A stretch of 50,112 nucleotides of DNA, counting the filler, from Basidioascus undulatus (Eukaryota), in the NCBI GenBank assembly GCA_000826855.1. It is 3 parts of 3 records of this genome, joined end to end, with 100 filler letters (N's around TTAATTAATTAA, not from the genome) between each part and the next. Parts side by side here need not be neighbours in the genome. Positions count along the whole stretch, not along the records: positions 33,521 to 50,112 come from JTLS01000576.1; 2 more parts are not named here. One strand, 5' to 3'. A program made the position numbers and the translations under genes. The first letter of the stretch is position 1; each line of letters starts with the position of its first letter. The notes under the pieces were generated by a model. It did not search any database. It had not been told where the DNA came from and saw nothing but the letters and a program-made list of their open reading frames with translations. Shown here in pieces: positions 36,392 through 49,332 of the stretch.

Positions 36392-37189
36392 TTTTGGATG
36401 AGTAAAGGAGTGTGACTGTGAGGAAGTGTGGGGTGCTCTAAGGGACTGGTGTGGGGGAGAACGAGGTGAAGTGAGGATTTGAAGCAAGCGCAAAGCGGGG
36501 TTTATAAAGCCTGGCAGCACTGTGGAGGACAACAGTGCGTCGAGTGCTTTGTATGCAGCTGGTGTTGACGGACGCGCTGGCGCACTCTCACTAGTCAGGG
36601 TAGCATTCACAAGTGGCGGGAATAATTTATTTTAGACGAGTTCCCCCGGCTGATGGACGAGTTGTTCAGTGAGTCGTGCCCAGCCTTGTTCCCCTGCGAG
36701 CGAACAGGGTGCCTCGGCGCACCCTACAGGCGAGCAGTGCACCAGGCCTGTTGGGTCGATCCCGCTGCTGTTGTTATTTCCCATTTCTTTGGAGATACCT
36801 TCCGCCACCTTCCGACGGAAATGAGCAGATGATTCTGCGCCGACACTTTTCTGGGCGGTTAGACAGCGGTCAAGTCCGCACACGTTCATCTGTCACCGCT
36901 GGTGTTGCGCCGGTTTTTGCTCTTGTAAGCCTGCTCACATTGTAAAGCGGGCATGTCAGGAAAAGTCGCATGCATTTTTCATGGCAATGGCATATGCATC
37001 AGCGCCCAGCGCGAGCAAGTATATCGATAGCAGACTCAAAAGAAAACGCGCAAGACGCATGAAAACGTGGGAAGGCATGAGGCGAACAAGGAACGCGTGA
37101 GGAGTACATGGCAGGCAATGCGGAATGCGAAGACGGGAACACAGAAAAACAGGGGTCCAAATGAAGAATCAAACATTCAGTGCAGCGGC

Positions 37190-39900
37190 TCAGGGCCCGC
37201 ATTCTTGGGCCGACTCGGCGACCGACTCGACCGCCCAGCTACTCGCAGAGCTGGCCGTCCTCCTCTCGAACAGCGAGCTCGGGGCACCGCTAACCCTAGA
37301 AGAGGCGTTGCTCGGCCGGAAGCTCTCGCGTCGCTTGCGCCGCCCTGCACCAGCGGCGGGAGGGGGCAGCGCCCCGAAGACGTCCTGGCCACCGTCAGAC
37401 TCGGCGACGGAGTAGAGGGAGGTCGCATGTGAGGGCAGACGCGGTACGCCGCCGTAGAGCGCGGGCGCGGCGCCAGCGCGCTTGGGCGTCGGTCCGGGGA
37501 TGCGGGATGACGGGGCGGGCGAGCGCGGAGCGAGGCGCGGCTTCTTGAGGGACGGCGTGGGAGTAGTCGTCGTGCTGCTCCCTGGAGCGGGGCGACGGCG
37601 CGTGGACATGGACGTGGAGCGGGAGGTGGTGGAAGAGGAGAGGCCGGCGCGGGCCACGGAGGACGCCGAGCGCGCGGGTGGTGGGGCGGACGATGGGGCA
37701 GGAGTGCGGGAGCGCTGGGCAGTCCCAATTGAACGTAGATGTCAGTCGACCAGCCGACACAGTCGTAGCGGGAAGCCATACACGCACCTTCTTGTTCTCC
37801 TTGGCCATCGCCTCCTGCTCCGCGCGCTCAGCCATGACATCCGCGTAGCGCTCGTCGTTCACCATGAACGGCCGACCGTTCTCGTTCTCCCATTTCGCGA
37901 GCAAAAACCGGAGGTCCTTCTCGTGCTACAACAGCCATCATTCACATCAACGGCATGCCCCCGCGGTACACCACAAAGAAGAAGGGACTGTACGCACCTG
38001 CGGCTTCTTCGCCACCCGCTTGCGCATCTTCTCCTCCCTGATCAAGCGGCCCGGATCGCGCGGTCCACGGCCAGTCAAACGCGAGGTGTCGGCCATGGCC
38101 GCCTGTCCGGGTTCCACCCTCAGAGTCAGTTGGAATGATCGCTGCACCAGAAAGAAAATGGTAGCAATTGCGCACAGTGAGCTCCTCTTCCTCCTTCAAG
38201 ACCTCGAAGTACGTCCCCAGCTTCTCGAGCATTCGCTCTTTGGAGGCCCTCTCCTCTTGCAGCAAGACAAGCTTCGCCTCGTGCTCGGCAAGGCACTCCT
38301 CCGTGAACGACTCTGCGAGTCGGCGCCAATATCGGTTCAGTCAGCCTCACTACTCGCAGATGAGTGAAGGGCGGAATCGGAGATGAAAGCTCACCGTCAA
38401 AGAACCATTGGAACTCTGAGCGCTCGGCCTCCCCGACGTACATCTCATCCCAGAGCGCCTCGATGTCGGTCCGCAGGCGTTCAACAAAGAACGCCATGTT
38501 CTCCCGCTTTAGCTCTTGCATCCGCGCGAGCTCGGCGCGATACTGCCCAAATCAAGAGCGCCGTCCAAGGCGTCAGCCAGCGCGGAAGAAGGAGACATGA
38601 GAAGAAGGACACACAGCCTCGACGGACGCGAGCGTCGAACCCATCCACTCCATGATAAACGCGTCCATCTCCTCCTCCGACACCTCCAGTCGTTCCCAGA
38701 GCGGGGTGAGCTCGTCGTAGATCGCTTGAATCTCGTCCTCCCTCCAAGTCTTCTCCGCGAGAACCTTCACTCCCGAAAGTTGGCGCATCAGTACTTCAGA
38801 TCCCAGTTTCGCCTTCGTGCAGAAACGCACCTCGTCCAGCAGCGCCTCTACGCGACTCAGAACAGCGCTAGTGGGCTCCAAGAGTTCGGCGATCCCGAGC
38901 ACTGCGCGCTCGACCTCCTCCTCGCGCGCGGCGATGAGGTTCGGCAGCGCGGCGAGGAGGATGTCGCCCACAGGGTCGGGAGCGTCGCTGGCCGAGCGAG
39001 AGGGAACGGGTGACTGTATCTCTGCGAAGGCGTTCACGAGCTCGGAGACAGCCGTGAGCAAGAGCTCCTTTCTCCGTGACTGCGAGGGAATGCCGGGCGG
39101 CAGTGAGCTACGAGATGTTGGCTTGATATGGAGCGATGTGCACGCACCAGCTCGTCTTCGGCCTTGCGGATGTTTTCCTCCATTGTGCGGATGGAGAAGA
39201 GCGCGACGTCCGAGTAGCGGTTGGAGGATGCGGGAGGGAGGATGACGTGCTCTGGCCCGAGCGTGGCATGGAGGGTAGTGAGGCGGGCGACAAGCACTGG
39301 AGGAATGGAGTCCAGTGAGTGGGCGATTTCTGGGTGTTTGAGCTTCGACCGAAGACGCCACGCACTGTTCGATCGCGCCAAACGCTCATCGTAGACGTGC
39401 TTGAGCTTGTCCCGGGCTTTGACGAGCCCATCTCTTCGTATAAGCAAGGGCTGCATCCGTCCGGACTCGGTCAGTGCCCCGTTCTGCTGCCGACCTTCAA
39501 GCGCCTTTCTACTCACCTGCTCCTCGTCATCCACCACCTCTTCCCCAGCTCCAGCAGACCCAACATCTCCCAGCGCCTCCTTCAGCTCCACTATCTCTTC
39601 TTTCAACGCCGCCACCTCTCCCCCCAACACCCTCTTGTCCTCCTCTCGCTTGTCCACCGCCCCGCGCGCGAGGGCTGCCGCCTTCTCGAACACCTCCTGC
39701 ACGAGCGCCTCGATCTCAGCGCGTGCTTGGGCGAGATCGACCTCCGCGGAGGACGCGGGGTTCCCGATGGACGCGTGGAGGTTGGAGAGGGTGGAGGTGT
39801 GCGGGAGGAGGAGAGAGTCGATGAAGGGCGTGAAGGATGGGGGCGTGGGTCTTTGTTGTGATATTGAGGACTCCGATGGCGGCACGGATTCGGAAGCCAT
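37190..39900 (-). CDS. ASE1: Ase1/PRC1/MAP65 microtubule-bundling protein, multi-exon
   Basis: IQAIYDELTPLWERLEV, ELARMQELKRENMAFFVERLRTDIEALWDEMY, FTEECLAEHE, DTSRLTGRGPRDPGRLIREEKMRKRV and WENENGRPFMVNDERY, plus a basic Ser/Thr-rich tail ending QECGP*. Confidence 0.9.
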
Positions 39901-40052
39901 GAGAGTTGGTATCGACGGACCGGTTGTTCGAAATACGAGAAAATTAGTGGTTTTGGATTCGAATGGGGAAACGGTATGATCAGGGAGAGCAGATGCGACA
40001 TGGGAGGAGAGGGGGAGAGCAACCGAGCAAGGGCGGTTGACACGAAGTCCCT

Positions 40053-40078
40053 CGCGCGGCGCGCGGCGCGCGGCGCGC
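40053..40078. repeat. (CGCGCGG)3-CGCGC tandem upstream of ASE1
   Basis: cgcgcgg cgcgcgg cgcgcgg cgcgc, read directly, about 150 bp upstream of the ASE1 ATG. Confidence 0.8.
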
Positions 40079-43000
40079 TAATGTTTCAGTTGACCGCGTC
40101 CGTTGAGGCAATTTCCACCTTTATCCAGGCAACCTAGGGTCCACCCTCCTCCTGACGTCCGCCGTTAACAGCATCGCTTGTAAGTGAAGTACGAGTCAAG
40201 AAAACTTCATGCTAGCTGGGTGGCATTCTTTTTCGCCTGGGAGACTAGGGTTGAGTCCGACCAATTGCAACACCTACTGTCCACCGCGAATGCAAATGCT
40301 CATCAACTGTTGGCCTTTCTGTGAACGACGTGACACCTTACTGCTATCCTGCGACTTGGTTCAGAACACTTGATTCAGAACATAAGGATTGGGCTTGAGG
40401 GAAGAAGGCGCTAGAGCCTATAACTGTCTTGACACACTGCAACTTCTGTCACAACGTTCCAAGACGACTGAAGATACCTTCTTGCCTTCTGGGAGGCTGC
40501 AATCAAGAGTAAGGACTTTATTCAGAGCCTTTTATGGCCGGAGAAGCAAAGCGGGGAAGTAGATGTGAGCCTTACTGGGCCGACGATCGCCCCAGGGTAG
40601 CGGCGCAGCGAACTTTGTCTTCTGGCAAGTTTTGGCCCTCCAGATCTTCCCATCATCTTTTGGTAGAATCATGGGAACATTGCCCCCAGAATATTTATTT
40701 AAATAAGGCTAATCATCCCTGAGCAGGCGACTAACAAAAGTTCCTGTGATCCTCAGCTGTCACAACAATCAACGTCTCTGGGTGCCAAAAAGTAGCGGTT
40801 CTTGAAGTACCCCAAACTCCTACCGGTTTCCGGCCCCGGGTTTTATGCACAACCACACTGGAGTTGTGCCTCTCCCTCTATGACCGCCCGTAATGAGGGC
40901 TCATGTTCCCCCGATCATCGGCGTGTTCCGTGCTCCCCCTCTCCATCCCAACCAGTTCATTGCGCTCCTACCGTCATCATCTCCCATCAACCGTCTATTC
41001 ACCACAAAATCAAATACCTTCAATTTCGATGCTTTCCGAAACCCCAGGGACTGTCGCCACGGCGTCTAACCCGGCCCCCTAAAGCTCACCTGCGCCTCCC
41101 CTTTCGCTCGAGTGTCTTCCGAACGAGCTGCTTTCCGAAATAGGAGCCTACTGCAGTCAGAAGGAGCTTAAGGCCTCTCCTCCACAAGCTCCAGGATGTG
41201 TGCTGCAGTTCTGTCGAGCGTCTTCACCAGGCATCCGCTTCCCGTCTCGTTGCATAACGCCATCCGGTTCGTCTGAACCGGTGAATACTTTACGATTCCT
41301 AGATGCTGATTCCTGTGAATAAACCGCTGGGATGGATACCTTAGGTCGATTCATCTCGAACCCTCAAACAATACAGCCTCCTCGACGCTCACGGAGCTCG
41401 ACCAAGTCATCGGGTGTCTTCCTCATCTACAAGCCGTCGAGCTGCGGTCCCCGTTCGAGTTGGGCTCTCTCGGAAACAGCGCGGAATACCACTTTCTGGG
41501 AGGGACTATCGCCAGGTTGGTGGACCTCGCGTACCTTGGAATCTGAATCGATTACACTCTTTCCGATCTTTTCATGGGCATCACGCGACTTCGAGCCCTG
41601 TCCGTCAACTTCAACTGGAATCGGTATAGACCTATCCACCGGCCTCGGCCAATCGCATGCTGCACTCGCTTCCAAGCTCATCCGCCAGAACGTGTCAACC
41701 TTGAACGAGCTAGACATTTTTGCCGTCGGTCTGTGCTTTGACTGCTCTGCGTACCACCAGATCTTGCCGCAAAATGCTCCGAATCTAAAGCGCTTAAACG
41801 TCTCGGGTCGCTGTCTTGGTGCCGCTGCTGTCGCCAATGAACGAGTCCGGGTCCAGTGCCTTTTCCAGACCTCCAGGTTCTTCAATTGTGCACCATATCA
41901 GGAGTCCAGCACTGGATACTCAGATATGCACCAGTTCTCTGAGAGCTGGACGTCTGCGAGGCTGGGGAGCTTGAAGTAACCGTTCTGCTTCGCATGCTGA
42001 ATGACCTGCCCAATCCGCTTGTGCTCTGCTGCTTGAAGTTCAACGCTCAGATAACCTTGTCGGAGTTGGAGACCTCCTGCATTGCTGTTCACGCCTCACC
42101 GGATTCTCACTTGATTGCGAGTAGGTGACTTTGAGTTGAACGGTACGTGGACCTATTCCTCCCCTTCACGGAGGCTTTTGCTTGCGCGTGGTGCTGACTT
42201 CAGTCGGGGACTGCTCTGTAGCCAAGCTTGCTTAAGCCTTCGCGTTGGCCCCCGGATTAGCCCACCTCGAATTCTTGATTGAGCATCACGATGACCATAC
42301 CAGTCCTTGGGACGACGGCGGGGTGTAAGCTGAGCATGGGCAGGCGCTGCGAATTCAAGCCGTGGAACTTTGGCCATGTGCCTTCCTCAGCTCCGGCACG
42401 TGCAGTGGATGCCGCAGGTCTTTGATAGGGCTCATGAGGAGTACTGGCCTGTGTACTGTCTCATGATCGAGAAAGGGGCTGCCATCGCGGGCTACTCTAT
42501 TGTGATGTGAACGATGGACTATGGATACATGTATCTCTTACCTGTTTTCAGGGCTGTTGCCAACCATGTACAGTCTTGTGGAGCAAAGATCTGCTTCAAA
42601 GGCTGTTCGGACAATGCATCAGCGATGAAGAGCCATACCTTCCATGAGAGAAGTCTTGATATTCCGATGCAGTACCAACCGTTATTGTTGTCAACAAGAA
42701 TAGAACTAAGGTGCTAGGAAGACCATCCCATACCTCGACCAAAAAACAGCGGGAAGATCCGGGAAAAAGGATGCCAGATGCAAAAGCTCGCTGTACCTAG
42801 TTGAGTTGGCATCTGTTTTCCAGCTTTGTTTTTCTTTGATAGAGGGTCTAATGAAGGCCACACTGATTGTCATGGCGTCATAGCCCCCCGCAAGGTAAGA
42901 AAAGCCCTTGAGGAGCAACGTTCCCGACCAAAGTCGCAGTGCTTCATGCAATTGGCACTACCGGCTTCTTCCCATCCATCATCTGCCAAAATGACCTAGT

Positions 43001-45018
43001 AAGACAGACTGGTTTCTCCTCATGTAAACCCACTCAGTCATGAACAGTCATTGAGCAATTGCAAATTTTCGCGGCTGACAGTAGGGTGTTGCTTGGACTC
43101 AACGCAAGTCTCTCAAAGGAAGAAAAACCCCACAAGGCTACAGGTGTGTCCCAAGTGGTAATACTTTTCATTATATCCAAAACCTGCATCAGGCGGTGCT
43201 ATCACATGCACTCAATGCTAAGAGCCCCGCGCAGTGAACTTGGAACTGTCCATCCGGGGGCAGAGGAACATCTTTGGTTCCTTGCACAAGCAAACTTCGA
43301 TGTGACAAAAAAAATTAAAAAGAGAACAATATTTGTTTGAGATATGCATCACAGCGGCAGTCTCGGAGCATGCCAATGCTTGTCATTGCTTGAAAGAGGC
43401 GCCATGGCAACGGGGACAACCGCACATAAGCATCCGCCTCAGCTTGCAGTTTTCTTGTAGACCGACTGAAGCTGAGACACTTTGTCCACTATCCTGAAGA
43501 AAAATCCTCACATGTGGATCACCTAGTGGTTTGGCGAAAGGTTTGGCGCACACTGCTGTTCATCGCGCCGACGCGAACTGGCCGCCGGGGATGAATATGG
43601 GCGGCGTTGAGCCCGCCGAGTGAGGAACATGACATGGGCAGCCGCAACAAAGACTATCAATAGATACTAGGTAATGAGGTGGTGAGAAGGGAAGGGGTGC
43701 CTTTGGGGGACATTATGTACTTTGCAGTCGACGAACGTCAAGTGTCAAGAAGCCAAGGCCAGCAGAGTAGAGAAGGCGGTTCTGCGCGTCGCTCAGACCT
43801 TGGCCCAGAGATACAAGTCAAAATTAGGACGGTGAAGGTTTTTACGTAAGCTCTGAAGTTCGTACTGAGGATAGAGAATCATGGTCAGCCCTGCCAAAAC
43901 GCTTGCGACGCATCCCAACAGACCTAACATGCGGAGAACCGGTAAGTTAAAATTGGTTGACCGCCTGGGCAACATTGGAGCCTTCAACCAGCCTCATGGC
44001 TTCAAGAAAGTTTGATGTGCACGCTAGCTCTCGGTTGCGCCGGATGGCGTTTACAGCGCATGAGTCTCGCTCGACTCGACTGTCAAGTGGAACGAAACTG
44101 CGGGCGACTACCATTTCCTTGAAGGTATGAAATGGAATCGAAAGTTTCAGGTTATCAGCTCCAGACACAGCTCGGGGAAGTCCAGCTTTCGATATTGCAC
44201 AGTGCCCAGGGTGTGTCTGTGTCTGCGGGTGTATTCAAGGATGAAAGCCCAGCAGCTGACCTACCGCTGGCACTGGTGGATTTGAATTTTTCACACCTCA
44301 TCACGCCTCCATTGCGTATAGACCCCTTGTGTATTGATCGCACTGAACGTTGATCGAACGGGCGAATGCTTGCAGCGCTGAGTAGGAAACCGACCACCCC
44401 TTTGCAGGAGGTTGTCTTGCCTACCTTCTTTGCCCGAAGAGGAGTCCAAAACTTAAGTATGAACCATGGTATACCAGAGAATACATTGCCAGCGTCAGTC
44501 CGTGAGCACGCCGACGCCCCTCATAGAAGCGCCAACGACGCTGCGACCTAATACCCGAGCGTCAAGCGTCGCTATAGATCTGCAGCTTCTCTTGCCAACC
44601 GGCTTCCATGCCACTTCTCAGAAAACTCTTCTCCAGATAGCAAGAGGATAGTCACTAGCCCGACTCAATCATACAGAAACTTCCACGCAGTCCCTCCGAA
44701 CAGTTGGGTCCACTCGTAACCCCTCGCGAGCCGACTAACAAACTGGGGCCAACGGCTTGAAAGGCGGCTGGGATCAGGCGCTGTAGATGGGCGGAAGAAC
44801 TCGCAAGAGCAAATCGTTGCAGTCGGGAAAAGCGATCTGGGGGAGGTTCGCTCGCTGAATCGCTGCTGATCGACCATGCTGCCGACCTGGGCTTCCAGTC
44901 GTTTGCTTGCAATGCAGAGACATCCGTGAATGGTCCATTCCATCGTAAAATATATCAGTCCCCGCTGAGACGTCTACGCCTCCAAAAAAATTCTCTCAAG
45001 TATACGATGCATGACGCC

Positions 45019-45947
45019 TCACGACACCCACTCAAACTCCAGATCAACCCTGACATTCTTCCACACGCCCTCCATCTCCTCATCATAATTCCCCCCTCCA
45101 CTCCCCGCAGCCCTCCTCACAGCAACCAGCGAATTCCCGACCGTCGCCATGCGCCTCTGCCTGTCCTGCAGCTCGACGGGGTCGATCGCGGCGGACATCA
45201 TAGCGCCGAAGAGCGCCTGGGCGGTGGGGTCTGGGAGCCCGCCGAACTTGATCTGGGGAATGCGCGAGCGCGCGAGGTCGAGGAGCGCGTGATCCTGCGG
45301 GATGGGGGCGGGAGAGTTGGAGGAGAACGCGAGCGTGAATGGGAAGGCGGGGATGGTGAGTTGCTTGAGGGTGGGGTGGCAAGTGAGGCGCGGGAGGAGT
45401 AAGCGCCAGTGGGATGTCTTGAGGTGGAGGGAGGCGAGGTTGGGCCATGCGTGGAGAGGGGGAAACGTCGGCGGGGGGACGGGAGGAGTGGGGGACGTGA
45501 AGCTCGATATGGAGAGGACAACGTGCTGGATCATCGTGAACCCCTCGAACAGGCGCTCCACCTCCGCGACGCCCTGGCTGTCTCAGGCCAGTCCACCTCG
45601 ATCCACAGCACCCGTACGTTCCCCCCACACAGGCGGAGGATCTCGCGCTGCGTGCTCCCCTGCACCTCGGCGCCGAGCATGAGATGGTGCACCGCCCCGG
45701 CGTGGTCTGGGTAGAAGCGCAGGAAGGCCGCGGCGCGCTGTTGCGTTGGGAGGCGAAGGGTGCGGAGGTGGAGGGGGATGCAGAGACGGTTGAAGCGCTT
45801 GGAGATTAAGGAGGGGAAGAGCGGGATCGGGGGCACGCGGGAGAGCGCGGAGGGCTGGGCGATCAGGTTGCTGGGCGGTTGCGAGTGGATGTGCGCCAGG
45901 ATTTGGACGAGCAGGTCGTCGGGTAGGTCGTTCAGTGCCGTGCTCAT
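45019..45947 (-). CDS. F-box/LRR-like protein with one frame break (frameshift or short intron)
   Basis: F-box-like MSTALNDLPDDLLVQILAH...SLISKRFNRLCIPLHLRTLRL, with LRR-like ILRLCGGNVRVLWI and WPNLASLHL. The two halves (ORFs 45531-45947 and 45019-45561) change frame near 45575. Confidence 0.6.
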
Positions 45948-48900
45948 CGTCGACGGTTTTTTTGCCCTTTCTATCGCGATCGCGAGCTACCAGCGTCGTG
46001 GTGCGCAATTGGCAGCCCCGCTGCCGGGCTGGCCGGTGACTTGTTTCCAGCGGAGCGTGGGAAATTGCCATGCTGCCACAATCCATACTGCCACAAATCA
46101 TATCTCTAAAAGTCCTCTAAATCGCCAGTGGAGGATTGCATTCTGAGGGCTACAGGTGACCCCAGTCGGGAGTAAGACGAAGGGAGCCTGGCGCCAAGTT
46201 CCAAAAAGAACTACTGTACTCCAGCTTGCACTCAACACCTGTAGCCCCGTACTCGCTTCAAGCTACCAAGTACTTGCAAGCGATTTCCATCATGCAACAC
46301 AGAATAAGTAGTCAACTCTACTAGGGAATAGCACCTCAAGTGATAGTAACCGCAACCAAGTCGCATTCTGCCTTAAAAGGACGCGGACTAACTCGCTTGC
46401 TGGCCGGAGGAGAAAGAGTTGTGTTCTCAAGACACTCAGCATAGCAGCTGTATGATTTTTAAGGGCTGCCTGTTACTTACCGGGGCCATAGTTGTACCCT
46501 CCCTTGCAGACTGGCCGCCATACGATCGGCCTAGATGTTCCTCCATCGGCAGTGCCCACGGTGGCGCTCCCCCCTATACGATGAGTAAGGATGTCAGGAT
46601 CTCGCGTCTCTACAATGCATGAAGGTGTAAGCGCCATCGATGGGCCCAGGCAATGGCCGTCAGGACAAGGAGCCCGATGTTGATCACGCCAGAGGTGTGC
46701 ATTAGGTAGAGGAGGCTGTGGAGTGCGTAGCGAAGGGTGCTGATGTCCTTGAGAGACCGAGAACAGGCTGGACCGTTGCCAAGTATTTAAAGTCCCTCAA
46801 AGACGCGTGTATCGCTCGCAAGTGCATCCTTTCATTGTAGCCGCTCTACCCTGCCATCTTCGCCGCGAACACGGCGTTGTCGCCTTGGTCTTGCCAGTAT
46901 CGCTAATAGCAGCCGGATTTTGACAGCCACGCACGGTATCCAGTCAACTGTCCTGTATGCCTCTTGATACTGCGAGGGGTTGTGCTGTGGCAACAAGATC
47001 GTTACCGGGCACCCTTGACACGTAGCACTTAGGACCGCGCCGACCTGTAAAGCGCCTGATGAGCCAACGCCCTGCTGAGCCATGGATATTCCCCAGTTCT
47101 GCAAGCCATATTCAAGATCCAGGCCTTTCCTTCACTTGCCATAGCCACTATGAGGATCCGCCGACTCTTACAACAGGCAGTGGACTGCCAGCGTTGACTC
47201 ATGCGCCTGCACAATGTTGGTCGCTCCCGTAACTGTGAGTGATCTATTTTGGACGGGACCCCAAATTTAATGTTCTTCTGGTGATGATCACTGAGAGTAA
47301 CGCTTCCCGAAGACCATAATCTGCTTCGCGATATGGGGCATGCACCCCCTGTGCTTTCAACAACTAGCGCAAGTTCTTGTAACATGAAGTATTAAAACAA
47401 TTGCAGTTAGAAGTAGAATGTGATTATGCGATCGCAGCCTCCTAAGTGGAAGAGCCAAACATGTTCTGCGAAAGCGGGCGGAGGCTCAGTGAAAATATTC
47501 GACTCCATGACTGCCGCGGCCCACGTACCGCCCCCAAACCCAAAGTCTTGAAACCTCAAATCTCATCCTATTGAGGGCTGGTTGTACACGAGGGATTGAA
47601 TGAGGGCGGCGGGAAATAATCGTTCTCCAAGCCACCGTATGAGGCGATGATGATTGCGCCTGCGGCGCCCGCCCCCTCAGGATGTCATACTAAATACAGT
47701 AAGAGTATTGTGAAAAACTTTGTACAGTTTTTAACAGGCGCCGCCAGTCGATAGAGAGAAGACTAAGGACGAGGCAGTGGCGCATTGTGCAAGTTGCAGA
47801 TGAACGGCTGGCGGCGAGAGGAGGGATGGACTCTGGAGGACTAGCCCGGATTGTGACCTTTAAAGGTACCGAAAGGATATTTCGAACAAGTTTCAGTTTT
47901 GAACAAAATGTTTTCAGATTGTAGTCGGGGCGGATGAGCGAGAACCAGAATTGATGTCGATCAAGCAGCCCATAGTGATCTCGCTGCAGTGCGTGAAGCT
48001 GTCAATATGTCACGCTCATCTGAATTGAGGCCTTGGGGGAGTCAGCACTCCAAACTATATGACTCAAGCCCAAATAAACTTTTTTGCATGGTGCCTATCT
48101 CTGCCCGGCGACAAAAGTGGTGGACTTCAGATAAGGTAGCGCTCTTTCACCGCGCCAAGCATGCACACTGGTGGTCAGTGGACCTTGTAAGCATCTGGAA
48201 CATCGTCCGCCACATTATATCAAAGGGGCTGTTTGGTACGGGCCGATTATTCTTACAAGTGTCTTCACGATCACGGCTTCGAGACTATCGGTATCACCTC
48301 TACACGAAACAGTTGCCAGATACTGCATAGTCCAAGGCACTGAAAGTCCTCAAATTGACCAATCAAGTGGTGCATTACGAGAATCGCAGATAACCCCATC
48401 ATGACATCCAGAAATGGTGCGATGCTCTGAGTTTTGGAAAGCGGCGAGCACATCAAAAACGCTTAAGTTCCATACAAACATGCTGCCTTGTGCTGGCTTA
48501 TCGATAATTTGCAAGCATGTTCTATCGTTCAACATGACACATGCAGTAAAATATTGGCAGAAAAGACACGTCAGCTGTTCGCAACCGCAACCAAGCCACA
48601 TTCTGTTTATAAAGAGGGCGGGACGAGCCAGCCAGTGCTCTGCAAAAAGCTCGACGGCTCAATGAAAATACTCGACCCAGTGAACGTAAATGTCCACAAA
48701 TCCCACGAAGCATGAGGTAACACAACCCCAGTTTAGATCCTAGTAAGGGGGCTTTGGACACGAGGGATTGTATGGAGGCGCCCGGAAATCAGGCGGCCAT
48801 GTGTCGTCTATCATGATGACCCGCGACAAGCCTGCGACGACCCCCCACTCGTGGTCAAGTCAACCCATAGAAAGTAAATACTGAAAGGTACAGCCTTACA

Positions 48901-49332
48901 TGTTCTTATAGGTGCCGCTAGTCCAAATCGGGCGAGCGCGAGGAAACTGGAGATCAGGCTGTGAAGCATTTTGCGTTCCCAAACTCCTATCTTCTCTTTT
49001 GGCTCTCAAATTAGGATTTCAGATACAGGCTTGAATGGAGCGTCTTCACCCTCATGGCCCGCAGCGGTCGTTGGCTGCGATCGCAGGGTAGGCTCACTCA
49101 TCGCTGTCCTCTGTTCCTGCTGCGCTTCAACCCATCCATCTACATTACTGATACATTATTATTATTCACTTTTTGCATAGGTACATCAGCAAACGGTTGG
49201 AACGAAAAATACTTAACAAAATGCCACTTTCGGGGTTCGAACCAGTCGCGTGGGAACCTGCTCATGCTCGACGCGCACCTCCTGCGCGCGTCTTTCCTTG
49301 TTTCCCTCATCTCAACACGCTCGCTTGACGCG

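Noticed and set aside
46210..47702. TACTGTA / TACAGTA as Tc1-mariner MITE ends
   Set aside because: They are in the wrong orientation for terminal inverted repeats, with no extended complementarity.
47640..47750. Box C-like ATGATGA, an AAAAACT/AGTTTTT hairpin and a flanking GCGGCGCC inverted pair as a snoRNA
   Set aside because: There is no suitably placed CTGA box D, and the stems are short enough to arise by chance.
49225..49250. GGTTCGAACC resembling a tRNA T-loop
   Set aside because: No acceptor stem, D-arm or anticodon arm can be built around it.
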